Below are positions 62,770 to 64,000 of a stretch of 64,000 nt of DNA, in pieces; positions within the stretch are counted from its first letter, which is position 1; each line of letters starts with the position of its first letter. The position numbers were made by a program, and so were the translations under genes. The notes under the pieces are model-generated. The model was not told where the DNA came from. It made no database searches and saw nothing but the letters and a program-made list of their open reading frames with translations. Source of the DNA: Raillietiella orientalis (Eukaryota); NCBI GenBank assembly GCA_036172245.1, contig JAYWIR010000015.1, positions 2,790,001 through 2,854,000 of the forward strand, given 5' to 3'.

Positions 62770-63850
62770 AATCATCAACAGCTGGCGCCCGCAGTGCGTC
62801 CTGGCAAACGCCTGCTACGGAAGTGCAGCACAGCCAACCGTGCCACGTGATCTTTGGCCAAACAGTGGCGCCACCTCCGGTGACGAACGCAGATCTGAGG
62901 AACGAACACGAAAACGAAAGAAAGAAAAAGAATGCGCTAATGGAATTAATTTTTTGGCTCATTCAATTTTGCTCGTCTTGCTGCCGCTGCTGGCAACTAC
63001 CTTCCCATCGGTGAAGTGGATTTGTCTGATCTAATCCACTCATTAAGGGTGAAACTTTTCAAACCTTCAATTGTATCCAGGCGGACTTGGTCGCAGCCGT
63101 GGCTGCAGAGTTCCCGTCTGGAAGAGTGGAATCACGTTGCCCCATACGGAACCGCGTTGGTTCAAGACCTTACGCGGGTTCCCACAATTGGGGGGGGAGG
63201 CGGGTGGATGGGGGAGGATGCTGTCCAGCTGTCGGATATCGGAGTGGCCTCTGCCGACGCCCGCTGCTCCCATACCGTTTTCCTCTTGCAGTTCATTCAA
63301 ACGGGGATGAGAAGATTTTTCTCTCTCTATCCCACTGAGCTTCTTTTCCATAACATCCCCACTCTGCCCCCGTAAGGAGGAAAACGAGAAAATACTACCC
63401 ACCTCGTCCCGCACCCTTCCCACCCACACCAAAAAAAAAGTGAAACTTGGGGGAAGGAGTTGAAAGAAAAGGAAAAAAAACTCAGACACATAAGCATCGG
63501 GAAGTCATTATCCTGGAGCAACAGACTGCATCAGGGCCATGGATCCAGGTGGCTCATAGGATCCCTGGTAAGAAGAATGCTCCACGATCTGATAACAGCC
63601 GGACAGCGCCATGCAGAGAGGATCGCGAGCTTTTCTTCTCTTTTTCTTCCCCCGATCGCATCTCGCGTTTGCTATGGAAACCTCTCGTGCGCAGATCCTT
63701 CGACTGGGAGCAAGCATTTCAGAAGTACCGGGAGGGATGAGATGTATCTGGCAATAACTTGATGATCAGGCTCCACATCTTCTCCTGGCTTCTGTCCACG
63801 GTGACTCGCAGCATCCTTCATTAAGCCCCAATTCAATTTCTCTGACCTTA
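62770..63850 (+). pseudogene. Decayed kekkon-like LRR gene, divergent from the previous copy, may run off the window
   Basis: ANAC..PTVPRDLWPN, GEVDLSDLIHSLRVKLF, WLQSSRLEE, VQLSDIGVAS, ELLFHNIPTLPP, KLRHISIG..W..WLI, LSCADP. Confidence 0.52.
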
Positions 63851-64000
63851 CTGTTCCTCTCCAGCGGAAAGATCGAGATCCTGACAATCTCATTTGCAAG
63901 ATGGAGTGTTTTGAATCATCTTCGCAATGAAGGTTCTCTCCTTCCCGCATATTGGGGAAACCTTCCCGAAAAAATTAATCTTCCCGGGCACTTGCACGCC

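Overview
Eukaryotic (metazoan, probably arthropod-like) nuclear DNA with very short introns and abrupt GC-rich/AT-rich domains. Three intact genes can be fully reconstructed: METTL17/RSM22 (+, 9 exons, ~449 aa), TMEM209 (+, 10 exons, ~506 aa) and an intronless myosuppressin-receptor-like GPCR (-, ~387 aa). Mobile DNA includes an internally deleted hAT/Buster transposon with TIRs and an 8-bp TSD, two copies of a related hAT MITE, two 3' fragments of an L1/Tx1-like LINE and a ~200-bp long inverted repeat. The most striking observation comes from frameshift-tolerant reading by eye: much of the apparently non-coding DNA, including METTL17 introns, seems to consist of deeply decayed gene fossils. 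These are roughly 15-20 kekkon-like LRRNT-LRR-LRRCT-Ig remnants on both strands, plus decayed MLK-like and DRAK-like kinases, a MITF/TFE-like bHLH and possibly a nuclear-receptor DBD. The fossil calls are manual motif alignments with approximate bounds and need frameshift-aware profile searches with shuffled controls. Most long ORFs in the supplied track are not functional genes.
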